Of a DNA stretch of 64,000 nucleotides, positions 1 to 9,142 are shown one piece after another (the first letter of the stretch is position 1; every line of letters begins with the position of its first letter). Source of the stretch: Armatimonadota bacterium (GTDB taxonomy: Bacteria; Armatimonadota; Fimbriimonadia; Fimbriimonadales; GBS-DC); NCBI GenBank assembly GCA_037445735.1, contig JBBIJY010000010.1:3664-67663 (forward strand), written 5' to 3'. Under the pieces are notes generated by a model. It had not been told where the DNA came from, ran no database searches, and worked only from the letters and a program-made list of their open reading frames with translations. The position numbers and the translations under genes were made by a program.

Positions 1-306
1 AGCTGGCGCGCCTGCAGGGTGGTGTCGCGCTCCTCCACCAGCTGCCAGCGACGGTCAGGAAACTGCGCTTTCAGGCGCGACAGCAGAGCGCGACTGCCTG
101 TGCCCGCGCCCAGCAGCAACTGCTGGGGAGCATACTGCTGAAGCCATTCGGGCAGGCGAGCCATCAGCTCGTCGATGGCAATCACCGCCCGCAGCAGCAC
201 CTGCGCGGCGTCGGGCAACTGCTCCTCGGACACAGGCTGATCGGGCAGCTCGGCAATCGCGACGCCTGCCTTCCGGGTGCCAGGGTCAATCGCCAGGTAG
301 CGCATG
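1..306 (-). CDS. Partial CDS running off the window start; N-terminus MRYLAIDPGTRKAGVAIAE resembles RuvX/YqgF-like pre-16S rRNA nuclease (Holliday junction resolvase-like)
   Basis: Minus-strand ATG at 304-306, 8 nt downstream of the thrC stop. The N-terminal motif matches the RuvX consensus M-R-x-L-G-[IL]-D-x-G-x-[KR]-x-x-G-[VI]-A-[IV]. Not in the ORF track because the ORF is open at the window edge. Confidence 0.3.
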
Positions 307-313
307 GTGGGCT

Positions 314-1393
314 TCACTTTCGGGTGCGCGGGCGCGGTTTCAGCCCCAGGGCGCGCACCACCGCGTTATAGCGTGGCGGCACGCGCAGCGGCTCACACGC
401 GCTGGCGAGCAGGGCAGTGTCAGGGTCTTTCAGCCCGTGCCCCGTGAGCGTGACGGTGATGGTCGCAGGCTGGGTGAAGTAGCCTGCTCGCGCCAGTTTG
501 AGCAGTCCGGCAATCGGCGCTGCGCTGGCAGGCTCCGCGAAGATACCCTCCAGCCGCGCCAGCAGCCGATACGCCTCCAGAATCTCCGCGTCGCTCACCT
601 TTTCGAACAGTCCGCCCGACTGCTGCTGCGCCTGCACCGCCGCCTGCCAGTTAGCAGGGTTGCCGATTCGGATGGCGGTCGCCAGCGTTTCAGGGCTGCA
701 AATCACACGGTTCTCCACGAGAGGCGCGGCGCCCGCCGCCTGAAAGCCCAGCATCTTCGGCAGGCGCGTGGTGCGACCCAGCGCGTGATATTCACAAAAC
801 CCCTGCCAGTATGCCGCGATGTTGCGGGCGTTGCCCACCGGGATTGCGTGATAGTCAGGCGCGTCGCCCAGCGCATCGCAAATCTCGAACGCGGCGGTCT
901 TCTGACCCTCCGCCCGATAGGGATTAATGGAGTTGACCAGCGTGATGGGATAGCGTTCGCTCAGCATGCACACCAGTTGCAACGCGGCGTCGAAGCTGCC
1001 CTCGATCTGGAGGACCTGGGCGCCGTGCATCAGTGCCTGCGTCAGCTTGCCCAGCGCGACCTTGCCGTGCGGCAGCAGCACAAAGCAGGGCAATCCCGCC
1101 CGCGCCGCGTAAGCCGCCGCCGACGCCGATGTGTTGCCCGTCGAAGCGCAAATCAGCGCCTGCGAGCCTTCCTCTAACGCTTTGGACACCGCGACGGTCA
1201 TGCCCCTATCTTTGAAGGAGCCAGTCGGGTTCGAGCCTTCCAGTTTCAGCCACAGGCGCGCTTCGGGATGGATCAGGCGTGCCAGGCGCGGCGCCTCCAC
1301 CAGCGGCGTGTCGCCCTCGTTTAGCGTTACAATCGGCGTGCGCTCCGTGATGGGCAGATACGCCCGATAACGCGCAATAATGCCCCCAGCCAT
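314..1393 (-). CDS. thrC: Threonine synthase (PLP-dependent, short Bacillus/archaeal type)
   Basis: 359 aa with the PLP-lysine motif [17 protein letters not shown] and the overall TrpB-fold pattern of threonine synthases. Confidence 0.85.
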   Translation of the reverse strand: MAGGIIARYRAYLPITERTPIVTLNEGDTPLVEAPRLARLIHPEARLWLKLEGSNPTGSFKDRGMTVAVSKALEEGSQALICASTGNTSASAAAYAARAGLPCFVLLPHGKVALGKLTQALMHGAQVLQIEGSFDAALQLVCMLSERYPITLVNSINPYRAEGQKTAAFEICDALGDAPDYHAIPVGNARNIAAYWQGFCEYHALGRTTRLPKMLGFQAAGAAPLVENRVICSPETLATAIRIGNPANWQAAVQAQQQSGGLFEKVSDAEILEAYRLLARLEGIFAEPASAAPIAGLLKLARAGYFTQPATITVTLTGHGLKDPDTALLASACEPLRVPPRYNAVVRALGLKPRPRTRK

Positions 1394-1493
1394 AGACGCG
1401 CCGAATCATACCCGTCGGAACGCCCTCTCCCGAAGCAGGGTATAATCTTCACAGGGCAGGATGCCCTTGCCCCAATCGCCAGGAGACTGGCGG

Positions 1494-2405
1494 ATGATAA
1501 CTTTCTCGAACGGTGAGCGGGTGGAGTTTCTCACGGGCAGCGGCGCGCTGGGCTTCGACGGGCGCGGCTGGTGGTGGGAGTATCCCCTGCGCTGGGTGGG
1601 GCTGCTGAACCCGCGTGAGTTTGCTATTGTGGTCAAAACGCTCACGCTGCACCCGCGCCGGGGCAACCTGCGCGGGTACGCGCCCTGGCGCTGCGTGCGC
1701 CTCATTCCGGGCGGCACAGTGAACGCCGTCGGGCTGACCAACCCCGGCATCGAGTGGTGGCTCCGCGCCTGCTACCCCCGCATGCAACGGATGGGCTTGC
1801 AGACCATCGTGTCGGTGCATGCCGCAACGGTGGCGGAAGCGCAGCAGATGGCGCAGCTGCTAACTCCCCTGCGACTGACAGCGATTGAGCTGAACGCCTC
1901 CTGCCCGAATGTGCCGCACGATTCTGCCGTTGCACATGGGGTGGCAGTTGCCCGCGCGCTGCGCGAGGCGGGACATCCGCTGATTGTGAAGGTCGGCTAT
2001 GATCAGCCCTATGTGGAGCTGGCGCAGGCGCTGGAGGGCATCGCGGAGGCAATCCATGCGATTAACGCGGTGCCCTGGGGTGTGGTGTTTCCACAGCGCC
2101 GGTCGCCACTAACGCATCTGGGTGGCGGGGCGGTGTCAGGCGAGCCGATACGCCCCTTCGTGCGCGAGGCGGTCGCCCGATTGAGCCACGCCACCCGCCT
2201 GCCGATTATCGCAGGGGGCGGAATCTATACGCTGAACGATCTGGAGGAGCTGTGGGCGCTGGGCGCCCGCGCCTTCAGCATCGGCACGCTGTTTCTGCGA
2301 GTGCCGTGGCAACCCAATCGCCTCGTGCGCCAGTGGCGACAGTCGCACCCGTACGCCGAACCCGCTCAGGAGTCTGCCCCTACTCGCCCGCACTGCCAAA
2401 GTTGA
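1494..2405 (+). CDS. Dihydroorotate dehydrogenase family TIM-barrel protein (PyrD-like)
   Basis: Motifs NAVGLTNPG, ELNASCPN and PIIAGGGI match DHODH class-1 signatures; start taken at MITFSNG inside the tracked ORF 1461..2405. Confidence 0.55.
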   Translation: MITFSNGERVEFLTGSGALGFDGRGWWWEYPLRWVGLLNPREFAIVVKTLTLHPRRGNLRGYAPWRCVRLIPGGTVNAVGLTNPGIEWWLRACYPRMQRMGLQTIVSVHAATVAEAQQMAQLLTPLRLTAIELNASCPNVPHDSAVAHGVAVARALREAGHPLIVKVGYDQPYVELAQALEGIAEAIHAINAVPWGVVFPQRRSPLTHLGGGAVSGEPIRPFVREAVARLSHATRLPIIAGGGIYTLNDLEELWALGARAFSIGTLFLRVPWQPNRLVRQWRQSHPYAEPAQESAPTRPHCQS

Positions 2406-4089
2406 ACAGCACAATCAGCAGGTCGGCGTCGTCCACCGCACCGTCACCGTTCACATCTTCAGGCAAGCCATTGCCCGACTGCCCGAAAGCGAACAGCACC
2501 ATCAGCAAATCGGCGTCGTCGATCTGATTGTCGCGGTTCGCGTCGCCGTTGATGAGCGTCCAGTTGACGCTGGTATTGGGCGCAAGGGTGAGCGTTTGCC
2601 GTCGGGAGAGCCAGCCCGGCACCCGCACGCGCACCGACGCCGTGCCGCTCAGCGCGGTGGCGACGGTGTATTGACCGTTTGCTTGCAGCACGGTCGTGGT
2701 GGCGTCGGTCTGCTGACCGCTCTGAAAACTGAACTGCGCTGTCTTGCCTGCTGGATCGGGCAGGTAATCGCTCAGAATGATTCGCCCTGTTAAAAACGGC
2801 GGCGCCTGCACGCGCTGAATACCGACCGCAGGAGTGTTATCGCTGCCCTGATTGACCGTGCTGATGGCGTACAGGCTGGCGTCGGGCGCGTCGATCAGCA
2901 GTTCGGGCTGCTCGTCTGCTTGGCTCAACCCACCCAGCGCGAGCGCGCCCATCAGCGAGCCATCGGGGCGCCACCATTGCAGGAACGGCTTCCAGCGCTC
3001 GGTGTCGGTCAGCTGGGCAATCAGCAGGGTGCAGGCGTTCGCGCTCGTGTGGACGCCCGCGACGGCGCGATAGACGCCACTGAGCGATTGCGAACCCATC
3101 AGGTTGCCGTCCGCATCGCCCAGCACAATAGCTGTCCATCGCGCGCTGGACGATTCGGCGTTCCCGGCAATCAACCAGCCCCTGCCCAGCGCGGTCAGCA
3201 CATCAGGGATCGAGTCGCCCGGCGCGTTGCTGATGGGCAGTTGCCAGAGCAATGTGCCGTCGGCTGCCAGGTGCATCAGCAGAAGTCGTGCCTGCTGTGC
3301 CGATGACTCCCAGACTGTGCCCAGCAGGTAGATCGTGCCATCGCTTGCCTGCGCCGAGCGCTCGGCATAGAACGGCAACAACAATTCCTGTTGAACTGTG
3401 CCCGTGTCGCTGAGCCACTGCAGCAGCGTTTGATCCCAGCGCTGCAGGATGCCATCAGGATCGGGCACACGCGCCATCAGCAGGCTTATGGTCGCGTTCA
3501 GGCGCAGGATGCCCAGCGGGGCACGGCTCCATGTCAGCGTCTGCGCCGGCGCGAAAAGATTCTGGGCGAGCTGCGTGCCGTTGCCATCAAACAGCAGCCG
3601 CGCATAGCCCAGCCAGCCCGTGCCATAGGCATGAAGCACCTCCACCCCGTTCGGGCGAACAATCAGCCGACGAACCACATCGTACTCGCCCAGATTGACC
3701 ATCGCTGACCAGAGCATCGTGCCGTCCGCTGACCAGCGCTGCACATAAGCCAGCGAGTCTCTGTCGGCGCGGGTGATGGCTAAGTAGAAGGAGCTATCGG
3801 ATGCAGCGGCAATCGCTTCGGCGTTATAGGATTGCCCCGATTCGCTGATGGTGCGCGCCCAGAGCAGGTCGCCCTGCGGGGAGTATTTCAGCACAGCGAC
3901 GCCATAATGCCCCGCGTCCATAATGTAGCGGGCGGCAATCAGCAGATTGCCCTGCGAGTCGACGGTGGCGACCTGCGGCAGGCAACCCCGCGAGCCGGAG
4001 GGCACAAACAGTCGGCTCCAGAGAACGCTCTGCGCGAACCCACCCTGCACGAGCAATATCAGACAGACCAGCCCTGTGAGCGTGCGCAT
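2380..4089 (-). CDS. Secreted repeat (beta-propeller-like) protein with C-terminal tandem dockerin-like Ca-binding repeats
   Basis: Signal peptide MRTLTGLVCLILLVQGGFAQ. The C-terminus GDANRDNQIDDADLLMVLFAFG ... DVNGDGAVDDADLLIVLFNFG matches the dockerin type I duplicated D-x-N-x-D-x-x-(I/V)-D-x-x-D-L pattern. Confidence 0.6.
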   Translation of the reverse strand: MRTLTGLVCLILLVQGGFAQSVLWSRLFVPSGSRGCLPQVATVDSQGNLLIAARYIMDAGHYGVAVLKYSPQGDLLWARTISESGQSYNAEAIAAASDSSFYLAITRADRDSLAYVQRWSADGTMLWSAMVNLGEYDVVRRLIVRPNGVEVLHAYGTGWLGYARLLFDGNGTQLAQNLFAPAQTLTWSRAPLGILRLNATISLLMARVPDPDGILQRWDQTLLQWLSDTGTVQQELLLPFYAERSAQASDGTIYLLGTVWESSAQQARLLLMHLAADGTLLWQLPISNAPGDSIPDVLTALGRGWLIAGNAESSSARWTAIVLGDADGNLMGSQSLSGVYRAVAGVHTSANACTLLIAQLTDTERWKPFLQWWRPDGSLMGALALGGLSQADEQPELLIDAPDASLYAISTVNQGSDNTPAVGIQRVQAPPFLTGRIILSDYLPDPAGKTAQFSFQSGQQTDATTTVLQANGQYTVATALSGTASVRVRVPGWLSRRQTLTLAPNTSVNWTLINGDANRDNQIDDADLLMVLFAFGQSGNGLPEDVNGDGAVDDADLLIVLFNFGSAGE

Positions 4090-4098
4090 ACCATGCTA

Positions 4099-5124
4099 TT
4101 ATAGCCCAAGTTGGGTGGCAACCGCCCAGTAGCCCTCCGATTGCAGGATGCTGGCGATTCGCTCCGCATCGCTTTGCGCGGCGCACAATGCCCCCTGCAC
4201 CGCGCCGCTGCCACACAGCAGCACGCGAAGTGCCCCCAGCGACTCCATACGCGCCCGCAATCGCAGGAGAGGTTCCAGCGCGTCCAGCACCACCGCCTCG
4301 AAATCGTTATGCAGGAAAGGCACGAGCTGTTCGGGCGTCTGAATCGCGCCCTGCTGGATGGCTCGCGCTAAGGTTTCTGTTGGGGCGAATTGGCGCGTCC
4401 GTCTTAACGACTCAAGGCGACTGGATAGCTGCGTGTACGCCCATGCGGTGGAGACGCCCACATCGGGCGGTCGAGCCAGCACCCACTCGAAGGGCGGCAG
4501 CGCGGGCAACGGTTGCACCTGCTCGCCCCGCCCACCCACACGCGCGCACGCCCCACTCAAAAAGAAGGGCACATCGGAGCCAAGCTGCCGGGCGATTGCC
4601 AGCAACTCCATTTCAGCCCCCTCACCCGTACCCTCTCCCCCACTGGGGGAGAGGGCTGAATGAACTCCCTCTCCCCGCTGGGGAGAGGGTTGGGGTGAGG
4701 GGTTATTCGCATGCGCAAGATGGGAAGCCCCCTCACCCGTACCCTCTCCCCCACTGGGGGAGAGGGTTTTATGGGACCTTCGCTCCATAAAATAGCGCAC
4801 GATTGCGGCGGCGTCGCTACTGCCTCCGCCGAGACCTCCCTGCGGCGGAATGCGCTTGATCAGGCGCACATGCCAGCCTGATCGCGCCGTCGCGCCCACC
4901 TGCTCCAGCGCCCGCCAGACCAGATTGCGCTCATCGGTCGGCACGGCGAAGCCCTCCACCTCCAGCGCAATCGGCGGCTGGCGATTCGGGATGGGCGTCA
5001 GAATCAGCGTATCGTGCAGGCTCAGCGTGTGCATCACGCTCGCGATGGTGTGGTAGCCATCCTCGCGACGCTCCAGCACCTCCAGTGTGAGGTTGATCTT
5101 GGCAGGCGCGTGCAGCTCAATCAT
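4099..5124 (-). CDS. ispE: 4-diphosphocytidyl-2-C-methyl-D-erythritol kinase, carrying a ~55 aa in-frame insertion derived from palindromic repeats
   Basis: N-terminus [24 protein letters not shown] is diagnostic of IspE (GHMP kinase). The 341 aa length exceeds the typical ~285 aa because of the segment [13 protein letters not shown]...[24 protein letters not shown] encoded by the 4617-4766 repeats. Confidence 0.85.
   Translation of the reverse strand: MIELHAPAKINLTLEVLERREDGYHTIASVMHTLSLHDTLILTPIPNRQPPIALEVEGFAVPTDERNLVWRALEQVGATARSGWHVRLIKRIPPQGGLGGGSSDAAAIVRYFMERRSHKTLSPSGGEGTGEGASHLAHANNPSPQPSPQRGEGVHSALSPSGGEGTGEGAEMELLAIARQLGSDVPFFLSGACARVGGRGEQVQPLPALPPFEWVLARPPDVGVSTAWAYTQLSSRLESLRRTRQFAPTETLARAIQQGAIQTPEQLVPFLHNDFEAVVLDALEPLLRLRARMESLGALRVLLCGSGAVQGALCAAQSDAERIASILQSEGYWAVATQLGL
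4617..4766. repeat. Three adjacent copies of a GC-rich nested palindromic element (CCCTCACCC-gta-CCCTCTCCCCC-act-GGGGGAGAGGG; CCCTCTCCCC-gct-GGGGAGAGGG-tt-GGGGTGAGGG) inside ispE
   Basis: Copies at 4617-4655 and 4728-4766 are identical; 4667-4702 is the complementary half. Related copies occur at 31008, 35353, 37275 and 48706. Confidence 0.85.
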
Positions 5125-6896
5125 TCTTCATCCAGCACAACCCGGATGTGCAGCTCGCGCAGCTGCTCCTCGCTCACGGGCGACGGCGCACCGAACATCA
5201 CATCGACCATCGCCGTGTTCTTGGGAAAGGCAATCACATTCCGAATCGTTTCGTCGCCCGATAGCAACATCACGAGGCGGTCGATGCCGGGCGCGATTCC
5301 ACCGTGCGGCGGTGCGCCATACTCGAACGCCTCCAGCAGATGCCCGAACCGCTCTTTGATCTCCTCATCGCTGTAGCCCAGCAGGTGAAAGATTTTGTCC
5401 TGCAGGTCGCGCCGATGGATACGGATGCTGCCGCTGGCAAGCTCGTTGCCGTTGCAGACCAGATCATAGCACTGGGCGCGAACCCTGCCCGGATCGGTGT
5501 CCAGCAGGGGGATGTCCTCCTCGCGCGGTGCGGTGAAGGGATGATGCGTCGGGTCCCAGCGGTTCTCCTTCTCGTTCCACTCCAGCAGGGGGAAGTCGAG
5601 AATCCATGCAAACGCCAGGAGGTCGGGGTCGGCGAGTTGCAGGCGTTCGCCCATCTGCTGGCGCAGGCGTCCAAGCGCATGGTTCGCAACGGCAGGCTGG
5701 TCAGCGACGATGCCAATCAGGTCGCCCTCTTTCGCGCCTGTGCGCTGGAGGATGCCCTGCAGCTCCTCTTCGCTCAAAAACTTGGCGATGGGCGAGCGGA
5801 TGCCTTCGGGCGTGAGCGCAATCGGAGCCAGCCCCTTCGCGCCGTACTGCTTCACAAACTCGCTCAGCTCGTCCCACTCCCGGCGCGAGTAGCCCGCACA
5901 GCCCGGGATGGCAATTGCCTTCACCACCCCGCCCGCTTCGATCACCGCGCGGAACGCCTGAAAGCCTGTCCCGCGCACCACATCAGTGAGATCGACCAGC
6001 TCCATGCCGAAGCGCAGGTCTGGCTTGTCCGTGCCGTAGCGTGCCATCGCCTCGTCGTAAGTGAGGCGCGGGAACGGTTTCAGCACGCGCTTCCCGGTGC
6101 AGTTCTCCACGATGCCGATAAACAGCTCCTCGATCAGGTTCAAAATATCGTCGCGCTCCACGAACGACATCTCCAGATCGAGCTGGGTGAACTCTGGCTG
6201 GCGGTCGGCGCGGGGGTCTTCGTCGCGGAAGCAGCGGGCAATCTGGAAGTAGCGCTCCACGCCCGCCACCATCAGCAGCTGCTTGAGTTGCTGGGGCGAC
6301 TGGGGCAGCGCGTAGAACTTGCCCGGATAGAGTCGGCTGGGCACGAGGTAGTCGCGGGCGCCTTCGGGCGTGCTCTTGATGAGGATGGGCGTCTCCACCT
6401 CCAGAAAGCCGCGCTCGGATAGAAAATCGCGAATATATTTGACCACGCGATGGCGCAGTTCGAGGCGGCGATACATCGCCGGGCGGCGCAGATCGAGATA
6501 GCGATACTTCAGGCGGAGGTTCTCGTCCACCTCCAGTCGCTCCTCATTCAGCGGGAAGGGCGGCGTGCGGGACGGGTTGAACACGGTGAGCGTATGCGCG
6601 AACACTTCGATCTCGCCGGTGGGCAGTTTGGGGTTCTCGGCGCCGGGTCGTCGGCGGCGCACCTCGCCTTCGATGCCGATGCAGCACTCCACGCGCAGGT
6701 CGCCCGCGCGCTCGTGCAGGGCGCGATCGATGGCGGGGTCGAACACCACCTGCACCAGCCCCGTGCGGTCGCGCATGTCGATAAAAATCAGCCCGCCCAG
6801 ATCGCGCACGCGATGCACCCAGCCGTTCAGGCGCACCGTCTGCCCCACATGCGCGGAACGCAACTCACCACAACAATGGGTTCGCTTCCAGCTCAT
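5121..6896 (-). CDS. aspS: Aspartyl-tRNA synthetase
   Basis: [46 protein letters not shown] aligns with the E. coli AspS N-terminus. Class II motifs [18 protein letters not shown] and [14 protein letters not shown] are present. The tracked ORF extends 98 codons further upstream, taken as spurious. The stop overlaps the ispE start by 4 nt. Confidence 0.95.
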   Translation of the reverse strand: MSWKRTHCCGELRSAHVGQTVRLNGWVHRVRDLGGLIFIDMRDRTGLVQVVFDPAIDRALHERAGDLRVECCIGIEGEVRRRRPGAENPKLPTGEIEVFAHTLTVFNPSRTPPFPLNEERLEVDENLRLKYRYLDLRRPAMYRRLELRHRVVKYIRDFLSERGFLEVETPILIKSTPEGARDYLVPSRLYPGKFYALPQSPQQLKQLLMVAGVERYFQIARCFRDEDPRADRQPEFTQLDLEMSFVERDDILNLIEELFIGIVENCTGKRVLKPFPRLTYDEAMARYGTDKPDLRFGMELVDLTDVVRGTGFQAFRAVIEAGGVVKAIAIPGCAGYSRREWDELSEFVKQYGAKGLAPIALTPEGIRSPIAKFLSEEELQGILQRTGAKEGDLIGIVADQPAVANHALGRLRQQMGERLQLADPDLLAFAWILDFPLLEWNEKENRWDPTHHPFTAPREEDIPLLDTDPGRVRAQCYDLVCNGNELASGSIRIHRRDLQDKIFHLLGYSDEEIKERFGHLLEAFEYGAPPHGGIAPGIDRLVMLLSGDETIRNVIAFPKNTAMVDVMFGAPSPVSEEQLRELHIRVVLDEE

Positions 6897-7033
6897 CGCA
6901 CGAATGATACCCGCATGCGGGAGAAATGCGCTCCCCAATGCCGTGATGTGCGCGGAGGTAAGCCCCACGCCCCGGTTGCAGCGGCGGGCTGCTGGCAGCT
7001 CCACCGCTGCAACCGGTTGCGTACAGGGAACCG

Positions 7034-8080
7034 TTACTTCCTGGCTTCCAGAATCAAGTTGAACGGAGTTTCCGTCGCGCGGCGGAAGTGGCTGAAGCCT
7101 GCCTCCATAAATACTTCGCGAAGACGCTCCTCGCCTGCCTGCGCACCCAGCCCCAGTCCAACCTCCTGAGAGAGCGAACTCGGCGTGCAAACGAAAGTCG
7201 ACGCTGCGTAGAACATGCGCCCTACCGGGGTCAGGTTCTCCTCAAGCCGGTTGCCGGCGAACGGCTCCACAAGAAGCACTGTTCCGTCGGGTGCGAGCGC
7301 TTCATAGGCATGGCGCGCGGCACCCACAGGGTCGCCCATGTCGTGGAGACAGTCGAAGAAACAGATGAGGTCGTAACCACGAGCCGGATAGTCTTTAGCC
7401 GTGCTGACCTCGAATGTCACGCGGTCGGAGACGCCGCTTTCAGCCGCACGCGCACGCGCCGTCTCGATCGACGGGGCGTGAAAGTCGAACCCGAAGAAAC
7501 GCGAGCTGGGGTAAGCTTCCGCCATGATGATGGTCGATGCACCATGTCCGCAGCCAACATCGGCAACCGTCGCCCCTGCCTCAAGCTTGGGAACGACACC
7601 TTCAAGGGCAGGCAGCCATTCAGCCACCAGATGAGCGCGATAACCCGGTCTGAAGAAGCGCTCCGTGCCCATAAACAGACACGGATGGTGGTCGCCCCAT
7701 GACAGAGCGCCGTCGCCACGCATCGCGGCGACAATCTTGTCCTTGTCCAGAAACATGCTCGCCAGAACATAAGCGCCACCTGCGACATAGACAGGAGAAT
7801 CCCTGTCTGCCAGTGCCATCGCCTGCTCCTCTGGCAGACGGAACCGCCCGTCGGCGGTCTCAACATAGCCCGCTGCAGCCTGGGCGCAGAGCCACTCCCG
7901 CACCAGCCGCGGGTTGCAGTTCGTCCGCTCCGCGAGTTCCTCCGGGGTGAGAAATCCACTACCAGCCATCGCCTGGTACAATCCCAGCTCGTCACCGACA
8001 AGCACGGTCGCCCATGTTGCAGCGCCCCCCATGTCGGCCACTACCTTATCCATAAACGCATACAGCCTGGCTTCGTCCAT
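7034..8080 (-). CDS. Class I SAM-dependent methyltransferase with N-terminal winged-helix dimerisation domain (small-molecule O-MT / Rv2258c-like)
   Basis: SAM motif [13 protein letters not shown] and acidic motif [11 protein letters not shown]; start taken at MDEARLYAF. Confidence 0.7.
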   Translation of the reverse strand: MDEARLYAFMDKVVADMGGAATWATVLVGDELGLYQAMAGSGFLTPEELAERTNCNPRLVREWLCAQAAAGYVETADGRFRLPEEQAMALADRDSPVYVAGGAYVLASMFLDKDKIVAAMRGDGALSWGDHHPCLFMGTERFFRPGYRAHLVAEWLPALEGVVPKLEAGATVADVGCGHGASTIIMAEAYPSSRFFGFDFHAPSIETARARAAESGVSDRVTFEVSTAKDYPARGYDLICFFDCLHDMGDPVGAARHAYEALAPDGTVLLVEPFAGNRLEENLTPVGRMFYAASTFVCTPSSLSQEVGLGLGAQAGEERLREVFMEAGFSHFRRATETPFNLILEARK

Positions 8081-8200
8081 CGTTGTTCCTCCTCTTGAGT
8101 GTTGTGGGAACGCACGCGGTTGCGTGTATCCCATGTAAAATTATACCCCACCAAAAGCCTTTTTGTCAAGATCGATCGCACATTTCAATTCGGGAACTTT

Positions 8201-9142
8201 TCATTTGAATCGCTGGTAAGCTGACCATCGCTGATGTTCCATGCTGCCTTGACCAGCCATACACCAGCTCCGTACAGGGCACCTTGTGCAGTCTGGACTC
8301 GCTTCAAAACACCATTTCATAGCAACATGGAACGCACCTTCATCCACAAACATCGGCACCACTTGAGGTACTGATTGCACTCTCTTCTCTATGGAGCCTC
8401 GCATGTTCTTGGCTACAATCACATAGGGACGCCCCGACTCGTAGACTACATCCTCTATCACGCCCGTCCGACAAAAGACTTTACCGACATGTCCATCTAC
8501 AACCATGAGTGTTTCTCGCATATCGATATCCAACTCCCGCCATTTTTCCACAAAAAGCCAGACCAGCCAGTTGGTCAGCATGCGAGCAGCTTTCGGATCA
8601 TTGCCAACCCACCCGCCCTCTAAAATAGAGTGTTCACGCAAAAATGCCCAAAGAGAGTTTACACCGTCCTGAAGCCGACTTCTGGACAGTTCATACAGAC
8701 CAGTACCGTCTGGCAGATTACGAACGAGAAAAATAAAAGTGGCGAATCTATATAGAAACAGCGACAGTGGTTTGATGCCACCCAATGCACCAACACGATA
8801 AAGCTCTCTGCCTTTTCGACCACCGATTTCTCGGAAGATATCCAGCACATCTCCGAATCGCTGCTCCACCGTATCAGGCTGGTATAGCAGTGTATCTCCA
8901 AATCTGGCGAACAGCTCGCGTACGAACTCTCGTATTTTGCCGGTGTCGCCTTGCTGATTGAGTAATGAACGCAAAAGCAGGTAACGAATGATGCTTTCTC
9001 TGTTTTCGATGGGTAGCTCCTCAGGCAGCGCCATGCTCTCGCGCCACTGCCCCTTCCATGTACGCCGACCAATCTGTTCCAGATGCGAAATTAACTCTTT
9101 TCGCTGATCAGGCTCGAGAGCTTCTTGTTTTACCTTTGGCAT
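8201..9142 (-). CDS. EndoIII-like HhH-GPD superfamily DNA glycosylase homolog with [4Fe-4S] cluster loop, translationally coupled to the upstream DNA methyltransferase
   Basis: LMVVDGHVGKVFCRTG matches the EndoIII catalytic-Asp segment AVDTHIFRVCNRTQ. The C-terminal CFEASPDCTRCPVRSWC has the exact C-x6-C-x2-C-x5-C Fe-S loop of Nth/MutY. An AGGAGG RBS precedes ATG 9142, which lies 35 nt inside the methyltransferase 3' end. Local GC is lower than the flanks. Confidence 0.65.
   Translation of the reverse strand: MPKVKQEALEPDQRKELISHLEQIGRRTWKGQWRESMALPEELPIENRESIIRYLLLRSLLNQQGDTGKIREFVRELFARFGDTLLYQPDTVEQRFGDVLDIFREIGGRKGRELYRVGALGGIKPLSLFLYRFATFIFLVRNLPDGTGLYELSRSRLQDGVNSLWAFLREHSILEGGWVGNDPKAARMLTNWLVWLFVEKWRELDIDMRETLMVVDGHVGKVFCRTGVIEDVVYESGRPYVIVAKNMRGSIEKRVQSVPQVVPMFVDEGAFHVAMKWCFEASPDCTRCPVRSWCMAGQGSMEHQRWSAYQRFK

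Noticed and set aside
4617-4766. Possible CRISPR array (short GC-rich repeats in close succession)
   Set aside because: The repeats are nested inverted palindromes of unequal length without regular unique spacers. They lie inside a conserved gene and recur dispersed elsewhere, so this is not a CRISPR architecture.
4188-4790. ORFs 4188..4790, 4358..4663, 4557..4754 spanning the palindromic repeats; likewise 37147..37434 and 48593..48925
   Set aside because: Palindromic repeats read open in several frames and orientations. These ORFs are artifacts of the element, with ispE / the hypothetical / rsmE being the real frames.
5304-6422. 372-aa ORF on + strand antisense to aspS (also 5270..5716, 6450..7169)
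   Set aside because: Arg/Ala-rich low-complexity translation typical of shadow ORFs in high-GC DNA. The opposite strand encodes a full, motif-rich AspS.
8375-9072. ORFs 8375..8623 (+) and 8659..9072 (-) inside the HhH-GPD gene
   Set aside because: They appear only because this island is AT-richer, leaving fewer stop-free constraints. No motifs. The long frame with Fe-S and HhH-GPD motifs is preferred.
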